A stretch of DNA of 64,000 nt from Elusimicrobiota bacterium (GCA_043827405.1 JBDRPD010000003.1:1-64000), one strand, 5' to 3'; numbered from the stretch's first letter, positions 1 to 11,839 are shown. The notes: generated from the letters alone by a model not told the origin. Numbers and translations: made by a program.

Positions 1-1
1 G

Positions 2-1401
<1,400 letters not shown>

Positions 1402-1424
1402 TTATCAAATGCTATTCTAGGCCC

Positions 1425-2714
1425 GTGAGCGAAAAAACGCCGCCGGATCTGCGAACGGAGGTGATCGCCGGCATCACGACGTTTTTGACCATGTCCTATA
1501 TCGTCGTCGTCAATCCCTCCATTCTCTCCACTGAGGGAACCGGAATGTCGTTTTCCGGCGTCCTCACAGCTACGGTACTGGTATCGTTTCTCTCCACTAT
1601 GGCCATGGGCCTTTATGCCCGGCTGCCTTTCGCCGTGGCGCCTGGAATGGGGCTCAATGCTTTCTTCACTTTTACTCTGGTGCTCGGCAAGGGCATTCCG
1701 TGGCCGACTGCGCTCGGCATGATATTCTGGTCCGGGGTCCTGTTTCTGTTGGCCTCCGCCACCAATTTGCGTACGCAGATCGTGCGGGCGATCCCGCCGG
1801 GCTTGCGGCTGGCGGCGGCGGCCGGTATCGGCATCTTCCTGACCTTTATCGGTCTTAAAAACGCCGGCTTGGTCGTCGCCGACCCGGTGACCTTTGTCCG
1901 TCCGGGACCGCTTGGCCGCGAGCCCCTGCTCGCGGTCTTCGGCCTCGCGGTCATGGCTTGGCTGCTGCAGAAAAAAAGTCCCTTCGCATTTCTCGCCGGC
2001 ATGGCGGCGGTTACCGGCGCGGGCTGGGCGCTGGGCGGGGTCAGCCTTCCGGAACGCATGGTGCAGGCGCCGGACTTCGGCAGCGTCTTCCTGCGTCTGG
2101 ACATCCTGGGCGCGCTGAAGTGGTCGTTCGTGCCGGCGATCCTGACCTTGCTGTTCACCGATCTGTTTGATTCCGTGTCGACCTTTGTCGGCGTCTCGCA
2201 GGCCGCCGGGCTGCTGGACAAGGACGGGCATCCAAAGAATCTGCGCGAGGGTCTGCTGGTGGACGCCTTCGCCACCTTCAGCGCGGGGCTGGCGGGAACG
2301 TCATCGGGTACGGCCTATATCGAAAGCGCGGCCGGTATCGAGGCCGGCGGCAGGACCGGGCGTACCGCGGTCGTGACCGCGCTGTGCTTTCTGCCCTGTC
2401 TTTTTATCGCGCCGCTGGCGGGCATGGTGCCGCCCAGCGCTACCGCTCCCGTGCTTATCGTCGTCGGCGCCTTGATGTTTCGCAGCGCCGCGAAACTCGA
2501 CCTGCGCCGTATCGAAGATTCCATCCCCGCCTTTTTGACCCTGCTGCTCATCCCGCTGACCTTCTCGATCACGCAGGGCATCCTTTGGGGCTTCATCTCC
2601 CATGTCGGCCTCTACCTGCTGGCCGGCCGCCGCAAGGAAATTGCGCCGATGATGTACGCTCTGGCCGCCATTTCGCTGCTGCTCCTGGCGATAGAAAACG
2701 GCCTGTTCGGCTGA
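1425..2714 (+). CDS. NCS2/AzgA-type purine permease
   Basis: EVIAGITTFLTMSYIVVVNP, APGMGLNAFF, YIESAAGIEAGGRTG; many hydrophobic segments; divergent from the deaminase. Confidence 0.93.
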   Translation: MSEKTPPDLRTEVIAGITTFLTMSYIVVVNPSILSTEGTGMSFSGVLTATVLVSFLSTMAMGLYARLPFAVAPGMGLNAFFTFTLVLGKGIPWPTALGMIFWSGVLFLLASATNLRTQIVRAIPPGLRLAAAAGIGIFLTFIGLKNAGLVVADPVTFVRPGPLGREPLLAVFGLAVMAWLLQKKSPFAFLAGMAAVTGAGWALGGVSLPERMVQAPDFGSVFLRLDILGALKWSFVPAILTLLFTDLFDSVSTFVGVSQAAGLLDKDGHPKNLREGLLVDAFATFSAGLAGTSSGTAYIESAAGIEAGGRTGRTAVVTALCFLPCLFIAPLAGMVPPSATAPVLIVVGALMFRSAAKLDLRRIEDSIPAFLTLLLIPLTFSITQGILWGFISHVGLYLLAGRRKEIAPMMYALAAISLLLLAIENGLFG

Positions 2715-2768
2715 TATTTTCACATTTCGGATATTGACCATCCCCGCGGCCCCCCTTACCCTAATAGC

Positions 2769-5700
2769 ATGGAGAACTCCGTCTCCTGGGGGATATCCCT
2801 AAGACGGGCGGCCGCGGCATGCCTGCTGGCGCTCGCGCTGCCGTTATGGGCGAACGCGCAGGCATCCAAGCTCAATCCTATGCTGCGGCATCTGCGCGCC
2901 GGTACTCCGGCGCAGCAGCCCGGCTTTTCTCCGGCGGGGGAGTCCGCTTTCGGCGCGCAGTCACGTATCCGGCTGCTCCTGCGGCTGCGTCCCGGCGTTG
3001 ACAAGAGCGCGCTGGCGGCGCGCTATCCCGGAGCGCGCTTCGCGACCCAGACCGGGGCCGTCGTCACCGGCGAGATGCCGCTGGCGGACATCGACCGCCT
3101 GGCGGGAGATCCCGACGTGCTGGCGGCCGAGGCGTCGGTAAGCCTGCGCTACGCCAACGATATCGTCCGTTCCAGCGTGACCGACAGCGGCAAGTATCTC
3201 GGCGTATTGGATCCGGGGGTGACCGATTTCCGCACCGAGGAAGGGACCGGCGTAATCGTCGGGATCATCGACAGCGGCATCGACTGGAAGCACGGCGACT
3301 TTATCATCGAGGGCACGCCGGACCGCAGCCGCGTGCTGTATATCTGGGACCAGGGGGATACGGTCGGCCCCGCCCCGGGCGGCGCCTACGCTTACGGTAC
3401 GGAGTGGACGCAGGCGCAGATCAACGCCGAGCTCGGCGCCGTACCGCCCGGCATCGTCCGCTCATCCGATACGGTCGGACACGGCACGCACGTCGCCGCC
3501 ATCGCGGCGGGCGACGGCAGCGCCACCGACGGAGATATCCCGGCGGGGACGTTTAGGGGCATGGCGGCGGACGCCGAGCTGATCGTCGTCAAGACCTCGC
3601 TCGGCAGCGCCGAGGTGCTCGACGGCGTCAACTACGTTTTTCAAAAAGCCGCCGCCCTGGGCCGCCGCGCCGTGGTTAACCTGAGCTTGGTCAGCGACTC
3701 CGGTCCGCATGACGGCACGGATGCCTACTCCACCGCGCTGGAGACCATCGCCCAGAGCTCTCCGGTCGTGACTTCGGCCGGGAATTCCGGCAGCAGCGGA
3801 ATCCACGCGTCCTCCTTGACGGCGCATAGCGGCACTGTCATGTTCGCGGTGCAGCGGCACCAGCTGAGCAACGGGTTCGCGGTCGATTTCTGGGTGCCCA
3901 GCGGCGACGAGTATACGGTTTCGGTCGCCACCGTCGCCGCCGGCGGCGGCGCGGTTGCGGCGGTTTCGGGCCTCGACGTCAATTCCGGAACCCTGGAAAC
4001 AACGACGGTCGATATTTACAACACTCCCGGCGCGCATCCTTCCGGCGACCGTGAACTGCTCGTCGTGATTCGTGAGGAGCCTAATATCCTGCCGAGCGAT
4101 TTTTACATCACGCTCACGCGGACGGGCAATAGCGGCAGCGGGCAGATCCATGGCTGGATCACGCCCGCGGTATCGAGCTTTACCACTTATGAATCCTCTC
4201 TCTGGACGATCAGCGACGGCGCGACCGCGGACAGCGCGATCGTCGTCGGCTCCTACTGCGGCAAGCGGGAGTGGACCGATACCGACGACACGCCGGTCGC
4301 CGATACCGAGTGCTTGCCGGCCCAGATCGGCAAGCTCTCGAACTTCAGCGGTCTCGGCCCGACGCGCGACGGGCGGGTCAAGCCGGATATGACCGCGCCC
4401 GGCGAGTACGTCGCTTCGGCTTTGTCCGCGGATTCGTCGCCCAGCTCGCTGGTAATCCTCAAAGACGGCCGGCATACGGTGCTGCAGGGAACCAGCATGT
4501 CGGCGCCCGTCGTGACGGGCATGGTGGCGATCGACCTGCAGCGCTTTCCTGCCAAGAGCGCGGCGGCGGTCAAGGCGACGCTGCAAACCAATGCCCGCGC
4601 CGACGCTCCGGTCACCTCATCGGGCACCGTGCCCAATCCGTTTTGGGGCTACGGCAAGGCGACGCATTTCGCTTGTCTGGCCGCGGCCATCACCCCGCCG
4701 ACGGCGGTTACGGCGACGGCGCTCGGGCATTCCTCGATTACCGTCAGCTGGGGAAGCGCCAATTTCGCCGGCAGCTACAACGTCTACTATGCCACCGATA
4801 CCGGCACCTTGATCACCCAAACGGCCGCGACCTCGTTCATTTTTACCGGCCTCCAACCCTCGACGACCTATGCGGTCGAGGTGCGGGGGAACAGCCCCTG
4901 CGGCGAAGGGCCCGGCGCGGTGTCGGCGGAAGAGGAGACCGGCGCGCCGCCGCCTTTGTCGGCGGCGCCGCTCGCTCCGGTGGGGAGCGCGATCGATACC
5001 CGGACTTTGCAGTGGGTATGGAACAGCGTGCAGTACGCCGACAGCTATGATGTCGTCCCGGCGACGAATACCTCGGCCGCGCCGATCAACAGCGTTACCC
5101 CCGGCGTCTTCCATACCGGCCTGGACACCAATACCGCCTACGGCGTCGTCGTCGGAGGGCGCAACGACTCCGGTCGCGGACCGCTTTCGCCCGCGGCGAC
5201 GGTATATACCTCCGCGGCGCAGCCGACCGGCCTGTCGACCACGGCCGTCTATGTCGCCAGCGCCGCGTTGAGCTGGGGCCTCAACGGCAACCCCGCCTAT
5301 ACGACGGCGTCGCTGGAGCGCTCAACAGACAATGTGGTATTCACCGAAATATCTTCGGGCGCCTTTTCCTCCGTCGCCGCCATGGAGCTGGCGGGCTGCA
5401 CCTCGTACTATTTCCGCGTCCGCAACCGCAACGGCGACGGCGTTCCCACGTCCTACGATACTACGCTGAATTTCCTGACTTTGAACTCCACTCCGCTGGT
5501 GCCGGGCGGGCTCAGCGCCGAAAGCCTGAGCGGCCGGCGGATCGGGCTGTCATGGAGCGCCGCCCCGTCGGAGGACGTCGTCGGCTATGCGCTCTACTAC
5601 GATAACGGCGGGGGCGTGATCAACTACTCCGCGACGATGACCACGTTCGCGGCGCAGACCCTGAGCTACGTCACCGATCCCCTGCCGGGCCTGGAGACCG

Positions 5701-6935
5701 AATACCGCTTCGGGCTGCGCGCCGTCAACCGCTGCGGCGTGGAGGAGACGAATGTCGACGTCGCGGCGTCGGCCGTCGCGCTGGAAGCCCTGAGCGGCCT
5801 GCGCGCCGCCGTTACCGTGCCCGCTTCCGGACAGCGGGTGGAGGGGGACCGCGTCACGGTGGCGGCGGACATCGTGCTGGGCTCGGTGGACGACGCGCGC
5901 GAGGTGCGCTTCGAGTTCAAGGCGGCGAGCGCCGCCGCCTGGTCGCTGCTGCCCGCAGCGGACAGCTTGCGGCGTCCTAATCCGGATCCGGATTACCCTT
6001 ACGCGGTGCATTGGGACGTCCTCGGGCTCGACGCGACAAGCTATCATCTGCGCGCCGTCACGACCGATATCCATTCGAGCACGGACGCTTTCGCTCCGGT
6101 GGTGACGGTCGTGGTGGACCATGCGGGCTACGATATCAGCGAGACGCTGCAGGCGGGCGGCCGCATCAGCAAGCAGCAGCGAATCCACAACGGCGCCGCC
6201 GGCACCGTCGAATCCTCCGATCAGGCGACCGCCTTGACTACGCGGGTGGTGATCCCCGCCGGCTCGCTGAGTGATTCAACGGTCACGGTGACGCTCGTCA
6301 ATAATCCGTCGACGGCGCTCAATCCTCCCGCCGGCGCCGCGGACCTGGGACTGCGGGCGCAGATCACGCTGTCCAACGGGCAGACGGACCTGGCGGGCGG
6401 CAACCGGGCGGCGCTGACCTTCAAGTACCCCGACGCCAACGGCGACGGCTTGGTGGACGGGACGACTTACCGGGCCGACGAGCTGCAGATTTACGTCTAC
6501 GATCTGACGGCCGGCGCCTGGCGGCAGGAGTTCGCCTCCAGCGTCGATGCTTCCCGGCGTACCGTGACCGGCAGCACTCCGCACTTCAGCTTTTTCGCGG
6601 TGTTTGCCTCTGCCGCGTCCGGGTTGGACGCGGTAAGGGTTTATCCGAATCCTTACCGCCCGGGCAATGCCGGCGCCGACGACGGCGTCGCTTACGACCC
6701 GGCCAATCTCAACTCGGGAATCGTGTTCGACCGGCTGCCGGTGGATTTTAAGATCAACATCTATACGCTCACCGGCGAATGGGTCGCCCGAATTTTGCCG
6801 CGTGGTTCCGGTACGCGCGTGCAGTGGGATGCGCGCAACAGCGCCGGAGCGGCGGTGGCGTCCGGGGTGTATTTCGCGGTGGTATCGAGCCCGGACCATG
6901 AACCGGTGGTTAAAAAAGTGGCGGTGATAAGGTGA
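2769..6935 (+). CDS. Exported S8 subtilisin-like peptidase with fibronectin type III-like repeats and a C-terminal FlgD-Ig/T9SS-like sorting domain
   Basis: Signal peptide; triad GIIDSG / HGTHVAAIAAG / GTSMSAP; beta-rich FN3-like repeats (ITVSW, LQPSTTYAVEVRG); C-terminal VYPNPY...WDARNSAGAAVASGVY...KKVAVIR. Confidence 0.88.
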   Translation: MENSVSWGISLRRAAAACLLALALPLWANAQASKLNPMLRHLRAGTPAQQPGFSPAGESAFGAQSRIRLLLRLRPGVDKSALAARYPGARFATQTGAVVTGEMPLADIDRLAGDPDVLAAEASVSLRYANDIVRSSVTDSGKYLGVLDPGVTDFRTEEGTGVIVGIIDSGIDWKHGDFIIEGTPDRSRVLYIWDQGDTVGPAPGGAYAYGTEWTQAQINAELGAVPPGIVRSSDTVGHGTHVAAIAAGDGSATDGDIPAGTFRGMAADAELIVVKTSLGSAEVLDGVNYVFQKAAALGRRAVVNLSLVSDSGPHDGTDAYSTALETIAQSSPVVTSAGNSGSSGIHASSLTAHSGTVMFAVQRHQLSNGFAVDFWVPSGDEYTVSVATVAAGGGAVAAVSGLDVNSGTLETTTVDIYNTPGAHPSGDRELLVVIREEPNILPSDFYITLTRTGNSGSGQIHGWITPAVSSFTTYESSLWTISDGATADSAIVVGSYCGKREWTDTDDTPVADTECLPAQIGKLSNFSGLGPTRDGRVKPDMTAPGEYVASALSADSSPSSLVILKDGRHTVLQGTSMSAPVVTGMVAIDLQRFPAKSAAAVKATLQTNARADAPVTSSGTVPNPFWGYGKATHFACLAAAITPPTAVTATALGHSSITVSWGSANFAGSYNVYYATDTGTLITQTAATSFIFTGLQPSTTYAVEVRGNSPCGEGPGAVSAEEETGAPPPLSAAPLAPVGSAIDTRTLQWVWNSVQYADSYDVVPATNTSAAPINSVTPGVFHTGLDTNTAYGVVVGGRNDSGRGPLSPAATVYTSAAQPTGLSTTAVYVASAALSWGLNGNPAYTTASLERSTDNVVFTEISSGAFSSVAAMELAGCTSYYFRVRNRNGDGVPTSYDTTLNFLTLNSTPLVPGGLSAESLSGRRIGLSWSAAPSEDVVGYALYYDNGGGVINYSATMTTFAAQTLSYVTDPLPGLETEYRFGLRAVNRCGVEETNVDVAASAVALEALSGLRAAVTVPASGQRVEGDRVTVAADIVLGSVDDAREVRFEFKAASAAAWSLLPAADSLRRPNPDPDYPYAVHWDVLGLDATSYHLRAVTTDIHSSTDAFAPVVTVVVDHAGYDISETLQAGGRISKQQRIHNGAAGTVESSDQATALTTRVVIPAGSLSDSTVTVTLVNNPSTALNPPAGAADLGLRAQITLSNGQTDLAGGNRAALTFKYPDANGDGLVDGTTYRADELQIYVYDLTAGAWRQEFASSVDASRRTVTGSTPHFSFFAVFASAASGLDAVRVYPNPYRPGNAGADDGVAYDPANLNSGIVFDRLPVDFKINIYTLTGEWVARILPRGSGTRVQWDARNSAGAAVASGVYFAVVSSPDHEPVVKKVAVIR

Positions 6936-8293
6936 TGGGCCGGTACTGGATCATGGCTGCGGCGCTTTTTCTGCGCGCCTCTTGCGCCCATGCGGGGACG
7001 GCGGAGAAGGCGTTTTCATTTTTGGCGCTCGACGCGGGGGCGCGGCCGGCGGCGCTCGGCGGCGCGTACGCGGCCCACGCGACCGGGCCCGGAGCGCTGC
7101 GCTATAACCCGGCGGGGCTGGCGGGGGCGCAGGCGCACGAGGCGGCATTCTCGGACAACCGGCACTTCCAAGGCGTTTCCCATCAGTACGCGGTGTTCGC
7201 GCACCGCCGGGGCTGGGCGGCGGGAGTCGAGCATCTGTCGGCAGCGGATATCCCGCGGACCACCATCTCGCAGCCCAATGAGACCTTGGGCGATTTCGGC
7301 CTGCGCGACGTCGCGCTATCGGCGGGCTACGGCCGGTCCGTTATTGATGGGGTCGAGGCGGGTATCGCCCTTAAATACCTGCGGGAGACGATCGACGACG
7401 TCGCCGCCGGCGCTTACGCCGCGGATCTCGGCGTGCGCTGCGCGGTGCCGCGCATCGCGGGTTTGACTTTGGGCGCGGCGGTGCAGAACCTGGGTCCGGC
7501 CGTGCGTTTCGAAGGCGCCGAGGAGGCGCTGCCCACGCAGCTGCGCGCGGGGGCGGCGTATTCCGTGCGCGCCGTGCGGCTGCAGCACTTGCTGGCGCTG
7601 GACGTCACCCAGCGCACCGGGCGCGGCCCGGATGTACACTTCGGCATTGAGACGCTGATCGCCCGGCGGATGCATGTCCGCTTCGGCTTCACCAGCCGGG
7701 GCGACGTCGGTCCGGGCATCCGCGTCGGCTTCGGCTGGAACGTCCACCGGTACTCGATCGACTACGCCTTTATACCCGCGGGCGACCTGGGGGCGTCCCA
7801 CCGGCTGAGCCTGGGGGTTCGGTGGGGAGACGCCGCGGCGCCCGCCGCCGCCGTGGCGGAAGCGGCTGAGCCGATACGGCCGCGGCGGCAAATGTCCTCG
7901 CTGGAGGCCGGGCCCGGGAAGCCGGACCCGCGCGTTGTTCGCGCGACCGAGCTGATGGAAGCGGGACGCTATGCGCAGGCGGAGCAGGAGCTGCGTTCGG
8001 CGCTCGGTAAAAACGAGAGCGACATGATCCAGCTCTACGAGCGGCTGGGGCGGATCGAATACTTGCGGCGGGACTTCAAGCAGGCGCGGCGGCACTACCG
8101 GCAGGCGATCCGGCTCGGCTTGCGGCTGGGAGTCCGCAGCGTTGCGGTGGCGGAATCCTACGCCGGAATCGGCTTCTGCCTGCTGCGCGGCGGCGAGCGG
8201 GATGAGGCCAGAAAGTTCTTCGAGAAGGCGCTGCAGCTCGGCCCCTCGATCCGGACTATGGTCCTGCTGCGCAAGCAGCTGGCCGGGCCTTGA
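6932..8293 (+). CDS. PorV/PorQ (UPF0164)-family outer-membrane beta-barrel with C-terminal TPR domain
   Basis: FLALDAGARPAALGGAY and YNPAGL N-terminal signature; DYAFIPAGDLGASHRLSL barrel end; TPR-like helices at the C-terminus; overlaps the upstream stop codon. Confidence 0.8.
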   Translation: MMGRYWIMAAALFLRASCAHAGTAEKAFSFLALDAGARPAALGGAYAAHATGPGALRYNPAGLAGAQAHEAAFSDNRHFQGVSHQYAVFAHRRGWAAGVEHLSAADIPRTTISQPNETLGDFGLRDVALSAGYGRSVIDGVEAGIALKYLRETIDDVAAGAYAADLGVRCAVPRIAGLTLGAAVQNLGPAVRFEGAEEALPTQLRAGAAYSVRAVRLQHLLALDVTQRTGRGPDVHFGIETLIARRMHVRFGFTSRGDVGPGIRVGFGWNVHRYSIDYAFIPAGDLGASHRLSLGVRWGDAAAPAAAVAEAAEPIRPRRQMSSLEAGPGKPDPRVVRATELMEAGRYAQAEQELRSALGKNESDMIQLYERLGRIEYLRRDFKQARRHYRQAIRLGLRLGVRSVAVAESYAGIGFCLLRGGERDEARKFFEKALQLGPSIRTMVLLRKQLAGP

Positions 8294-8362
8294 TGGGCTG
8301 AGGTTTCTTATCGGGTAAGCACCTGCTTGAAGCCGCACGTGATTGTTCTTTAGAATGCACTC

Positions 8363-11300
8363 ATGAAACTTATCATCGCCCTTTTGCTTCCCATCCTCCC
8401 ATCCGTGCTCCTGGCCGGACCCTTGGAGGACAATCTGCTTAAGACTGTCCAGAACGGAAACGCCAAGGAAACAGCCGTTTTGCTGGACCGCGGCGCGGAC
8501 CCCGATGCCCCGCACGATTATGGGAGAAAGACGGCCCTTGCCGAGGCCGCGTACGCAGGCCACGGCGATATCGTCAAGCTTCTTTTAAAGCGCGGCGCGC
8601 AGGTCAACAGCACGAACAAGGACTTGCCCTCCCCGTTGATTCGCGCCCTGCTGGGCCTGTCGGATCGACTCTACGCCAAAGAGAACAAGAAAGCGTGGAA
8701 GCACGGCAAGGACCATGCCGTCATCGCCAAAATGCTGCTCGAAAAGGGCGCGGACATCCATGCCAAGTTCTCATGCTATCAGCCCGGCGACCGCCACCCG
8801 TCCGAAACCATCTCGACTTTGGGACTGGCCGCCCGGGACGGCCACATCGACCTGGTCAGGCCCATGGTCAAGAGTGCCGATCCGGATTCCCTCGATTGGA
8901 GTCTGGCGCTCAACGAGGCTCTTTTGTACGCGGCGAGAGAGGGCCGGGGGCAGGTCGCGGCGCTTCTCCTGGATAAAGGCGCCAACCCCAACGCCGCTAT
9001 GATGGGTCAGATGTACACCTACCCCCCGATTGAAGCGCCCGCCTTGTTCTGGGCGGCCAAGTCGGGTTCGGTCGACGCGGTCAAAGCCCTGCTCCGCAAG
9101 GGCGCCGAGATTAAGGCTGTAAATGGTTATACAGCCGTCGCGGTGGCCGCGGCGCACGACCGCGCGGCGGTCATCCCTCTTTTGGTGCGGGCCGGCATCA
9201 GCCCCGCAACGGGCGCCTGCACCAATTGGACCAAGACTCCGCTGGAGTGCGCGGCCAGAAAAGGCGCCGTCCAGGCGGTGAAGGCCTTGGTGAAAAGCGG
9301 GGCCGACCCCAACGAAGTATCGGAAGGGAAACCCACCTTCTTCAGTGCCGAGAATGCCGAGACCCTTAAGACCTTCCTTGACCTGGGCGCCGATGCCGGC
9401 GCCAAAGACAATTTCTGGCAAGGGACCATGCTCCACAGCTATGGCGTAAGCAGCGAAACCGCCAAAGTTTTGCTGGCGCGCGGATTGGACATCAACCAAC
9501 AGGACAAGTACGGCAGCACTCCTCTCATCCACGCCGCCAAGAGCCGCAAAGACGAGAAGGGCGCCGCGCTCATCAAGTTCCTGCTGGCGCGCGGGGCCAA
9601 GACCGATGCGAAAAACAAGCGCGGCGAGACCGCGCTCATGGTCGCCATGGCGGAAAAGAATACCAAGGCCCTGGAAATCCTCAAGCGGGTGGGTTCCTCC
9701 GCATCCAAGGCGGACTTAGGGAAACTGCTGTTGGACCAGGCCTGCGACTACGCGCCCAAACCCAAAGCGGATGAGATATCGCAGCTGCTCGAGCAGCAAG
9801 CCGACCCCAATATAGGGGATGATTATCGCACTCCGCTCACCTGTCTGGTCGCCAAAGGCAAGGACGCTCTGCCCCTGCTTCAGCTGCTCATAGACAAGGG
9901 CGCGGACGTGAACCGTCCGACAAAAAACGGGGAGACTCCGTTATCCAAAGCCGTCGAATCCGAAAACCTGGCCGTCATCGAGTTCCTGCTCAAAGCCGGA
10001 GCGAAGCCCAACCGGCGGGATAAAGACGGCAAAACCGTGCTGTATGGCTTCATGTCGCACTGGAACTATAGCCCCTCCAGCATCAAATCGGGGACCCAGA
10101 CCGTGCGCGCTCTCTTAGCTGGAGGCGCCGACCCGACGCTTGAACGCAAGCCTGGACTCCGGCCGGCGGACAGCGATTTCGGAGACAGCGCTTTGGCGCA
10201 GGCGGCCAGGGGAGGGCGCGGCGCGATCATCAAACTAATGCTGGAGAAGTTCGGCGCCGACAACCCCGCCGGGCGCAAGGCTCTCGCGGAAGCGGCCTAC
10301 AAAGACGACTTGGAGCTCATAAAGTTTCTGGTGTCCAAAGGTGCGAATCCCAACTCCGAAGTCAGCGGCTACACACCGCTGTACTCGGCGGCCGGGAGGG
10401 GAAATTTGGCTATGGTCAAGCTCCTCGTTTCCCTGGGCGCGGATGTAAATAAGAGGAACGGCTATTCGAGCACGCCCCTTATGTCCGCCACCGAGCATCC
10501 GGAGGTTTTCTCCTGGCTGCTGTCGCAAGGGGCCGACGCCGCCGCCAAAAACGCGGACGGCGCAACGGCGCTGGAGATGGCAGCGCTAATGACGGAAAAA
10601 AGCAAACAGGTGCTGTCCCTGCTCGTGGCCAAGGGACTGGACGTAAATACGCGCAGCGACTGGACGACATCCGACGGCACTCTCAATTTTACCCGCTCCT
10701 CCGGCTGGACCCCGCTCCATAAAGCCGCGCGCAACGGAAGGACCTGGTCTATTCCTATTTTGCTGGAAGCCGGCGCCGACATGAAAGCGGTCAACAGCAG
10801 GGGAAAGACGCCGCTGGCGGAGGCGGAAGAGCTGGGACATAAGAGCGTCGTCGATCTTCTGCGGCGGGTCGAGACCCAAGGGCTCCAGGCCGTCCGGCCG
10901 GCATTGGCCGCGAGCGCCGGAATGCGCAAGGAGGAGTTTAGGGAGATCGTGTCCCAAGCGGTACAGAGCGCCTCCGCGAAATCACCGCAGCTAGATGAAG
11001 CCAAGCTTAAGTCGCTGGTGCAGGAAGCCGTCAAGGAAGGCCGGCCGCAGCCCGTCAAGAGCAAGCAGATCGTATCGGACGTGGACGCTCCCAAGTTCCG
11101 GCTCGAAGAGAAGCCGTACGACTTCGCCGTGGTGGTGGGAATCGAGAAGTATTCTGACCTGCCGGAAGCCCAGTTCGCCGAACGGGACGCCGAGGCCGTG
11201 AAAAAACACCTCGTGTCTTTGGGCTGGCCGGTGCGCAACATCATCCATCTCGCGGGCAGCAAGGCCGTCCGCTCCGCCCTCGAGAAATACCTCGAGGAGT

Positions 11301-11839
11301 GGCTGCCCCGCAACGTCCGGCCTTCCAGCCGGGTCCTCTTCTACTTCTCCGGCCATGGCGCGCCGGATACGCAGGCGGGGCGGGCCTATCTGGTGCCCTG
11401 GGACGGCGACCCCGCGTTCTTGGCCAGGACGGCCTATCCCATCAGCCGTCTCTATGAGAAGCTGGCGGCGCTGAAGGCCGCGGAGGTGATCGTGGCTATG
11501 GACGCCTGCTTCTCGGGGGCCGGCGGCCGGTCGGTGCTGCCCAAGGGGGCGCGTCCCCTGGTTCTCAAGACCGACAAGTCCGTCATCCCGCAGAAGCTGA
11601 CCGTATTGGCGGCGGCGAGCGACGAGCAGATCACCAGCGCGCTCGAATCCCAGGGGCACGGGACCTTCACCTACTTCCTGCTCAAGGGTCTCGGCGGCGA
11701 AGCCAAAGACAGCGCGGGGCGCATCACCGCCCGCGGCCTGCACCGCTATCTGACGCCGAAAGTCCAGGATGAAGCCCGCCGCCAGAACCGGGACCAGACG
11801 CCGACCCTGCATACCGCGTCGGACTTCGTCCTCCGCTGA
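8363..11839 (+). CDS. Exported ankyrin-repeat protein with C-terminal caspase-like (peptidase C14) domain
   Basis: Signal peptide; roughly 20 ankyrin repeats by eye (G.TPL..AA..G....V..LL..GAD.N); C14 dyad motifs YFSGHG (His codon at 11354) and DACFSG (Cys codon at 11507). Confidence 0.9.
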   Translation: MKLIIALLLPILPSVLLAGPLEDNLLKTVQNGNAKETAVLLDRGADPDAPHDYGRKTALAEAAYAGHGDIVKLLLKRGAQVNSTNKDLPSPLIRALLGLSDRLYAKENKKAWKHGKDHAVIAKMLLEKGADIHAKFSCYQPGDRHPSETISTLGLAARDGHIDLVRPMVKSADPDSLDWSLALNEALLYAAREGRGQVAALLLDKGANPNAAMMGQMYTYPPIEAPALFWAAKSGSVDAVKALLRKGAEIKAVNGYTAVAVAAAHDRAAVIPLLVRAGISPATGACTNWTKTPLECAARKGAVQAVKALVKSGADPNEVSEGKPTFFSAENAETLKTFLDLGADAGAKDNFWQGTMLHSYGVSSETAKVLLARGLDINQQDKYGSTPLIHAAKSRKDEKGAALIKFLLARGAKTDAKNKRGETALMVAMAEKNTKALEILKRVGSSASKADLGKLLLDQACDYAPKPKADEISQLLEQQADPNIGDDYRTPLTCLVAKGKDALPLLQLLIDKGADVNRPTKNGETPLSKAVESENLAVIEFLLKAGAKPNRRDKDGKTVLYGFMSHWNYSPSSIKSGTQTVRALLAGGADPTLERKPGLRPADSDFGDSALAQAARGGRGAIIKLMLEKFGADNPAGRKALAEAAYKDDLELIKFLVSKGANPNSEVSGYTPLYSAAGRGNLAMVKLLVSLGADVNKRNGYSSTPLMSATEHPEVFSWLLSQGADAAAKNADGATALEMAALMTEKSKQVLSLLVAKGLDVNTRSDWTTSDGTLNFTRSSGWTPLHKAARNGRTWSIPILLEAGADMKAVNSRGKTPLAEAEELGHKSVVDLLRRVETQGLQAVRPALAASAGMRKEEFREIVSQAVQSASAKSPQLDEAKLKSLVQEAVKEGRPQPVKSKQIVSDVDAPKFRLEEKPYDFAVVVGIEKYSDLPEAQFAERDAEAVKKHLVSLGWPVRNIIHLAGSKAVRSALEKYLEEWLPRNVRPSSRVLFYFSGHGAPDTQAGRAYLVPWDGDPAFLARTAYPISRLYEKLAALKAAEVIVAMDACFSGAGGRSVLPKGARPLVLKTDKSVIPQKLTVLAAASDEQITSALESQGHGTFTYFLLKGLGGEAKDSAGRITARGLHRYLTPKVQDEARRQNRDQTPTLHTASDFVLR

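Noticed and set aside
8363..11839. Ankyrin-caspase as an anti-phage module (gasdermin or CHAT type)
   Set aside because: It has a signal peptide, and no gasdermin, TIR, NLR or other effector gene is adjacent.
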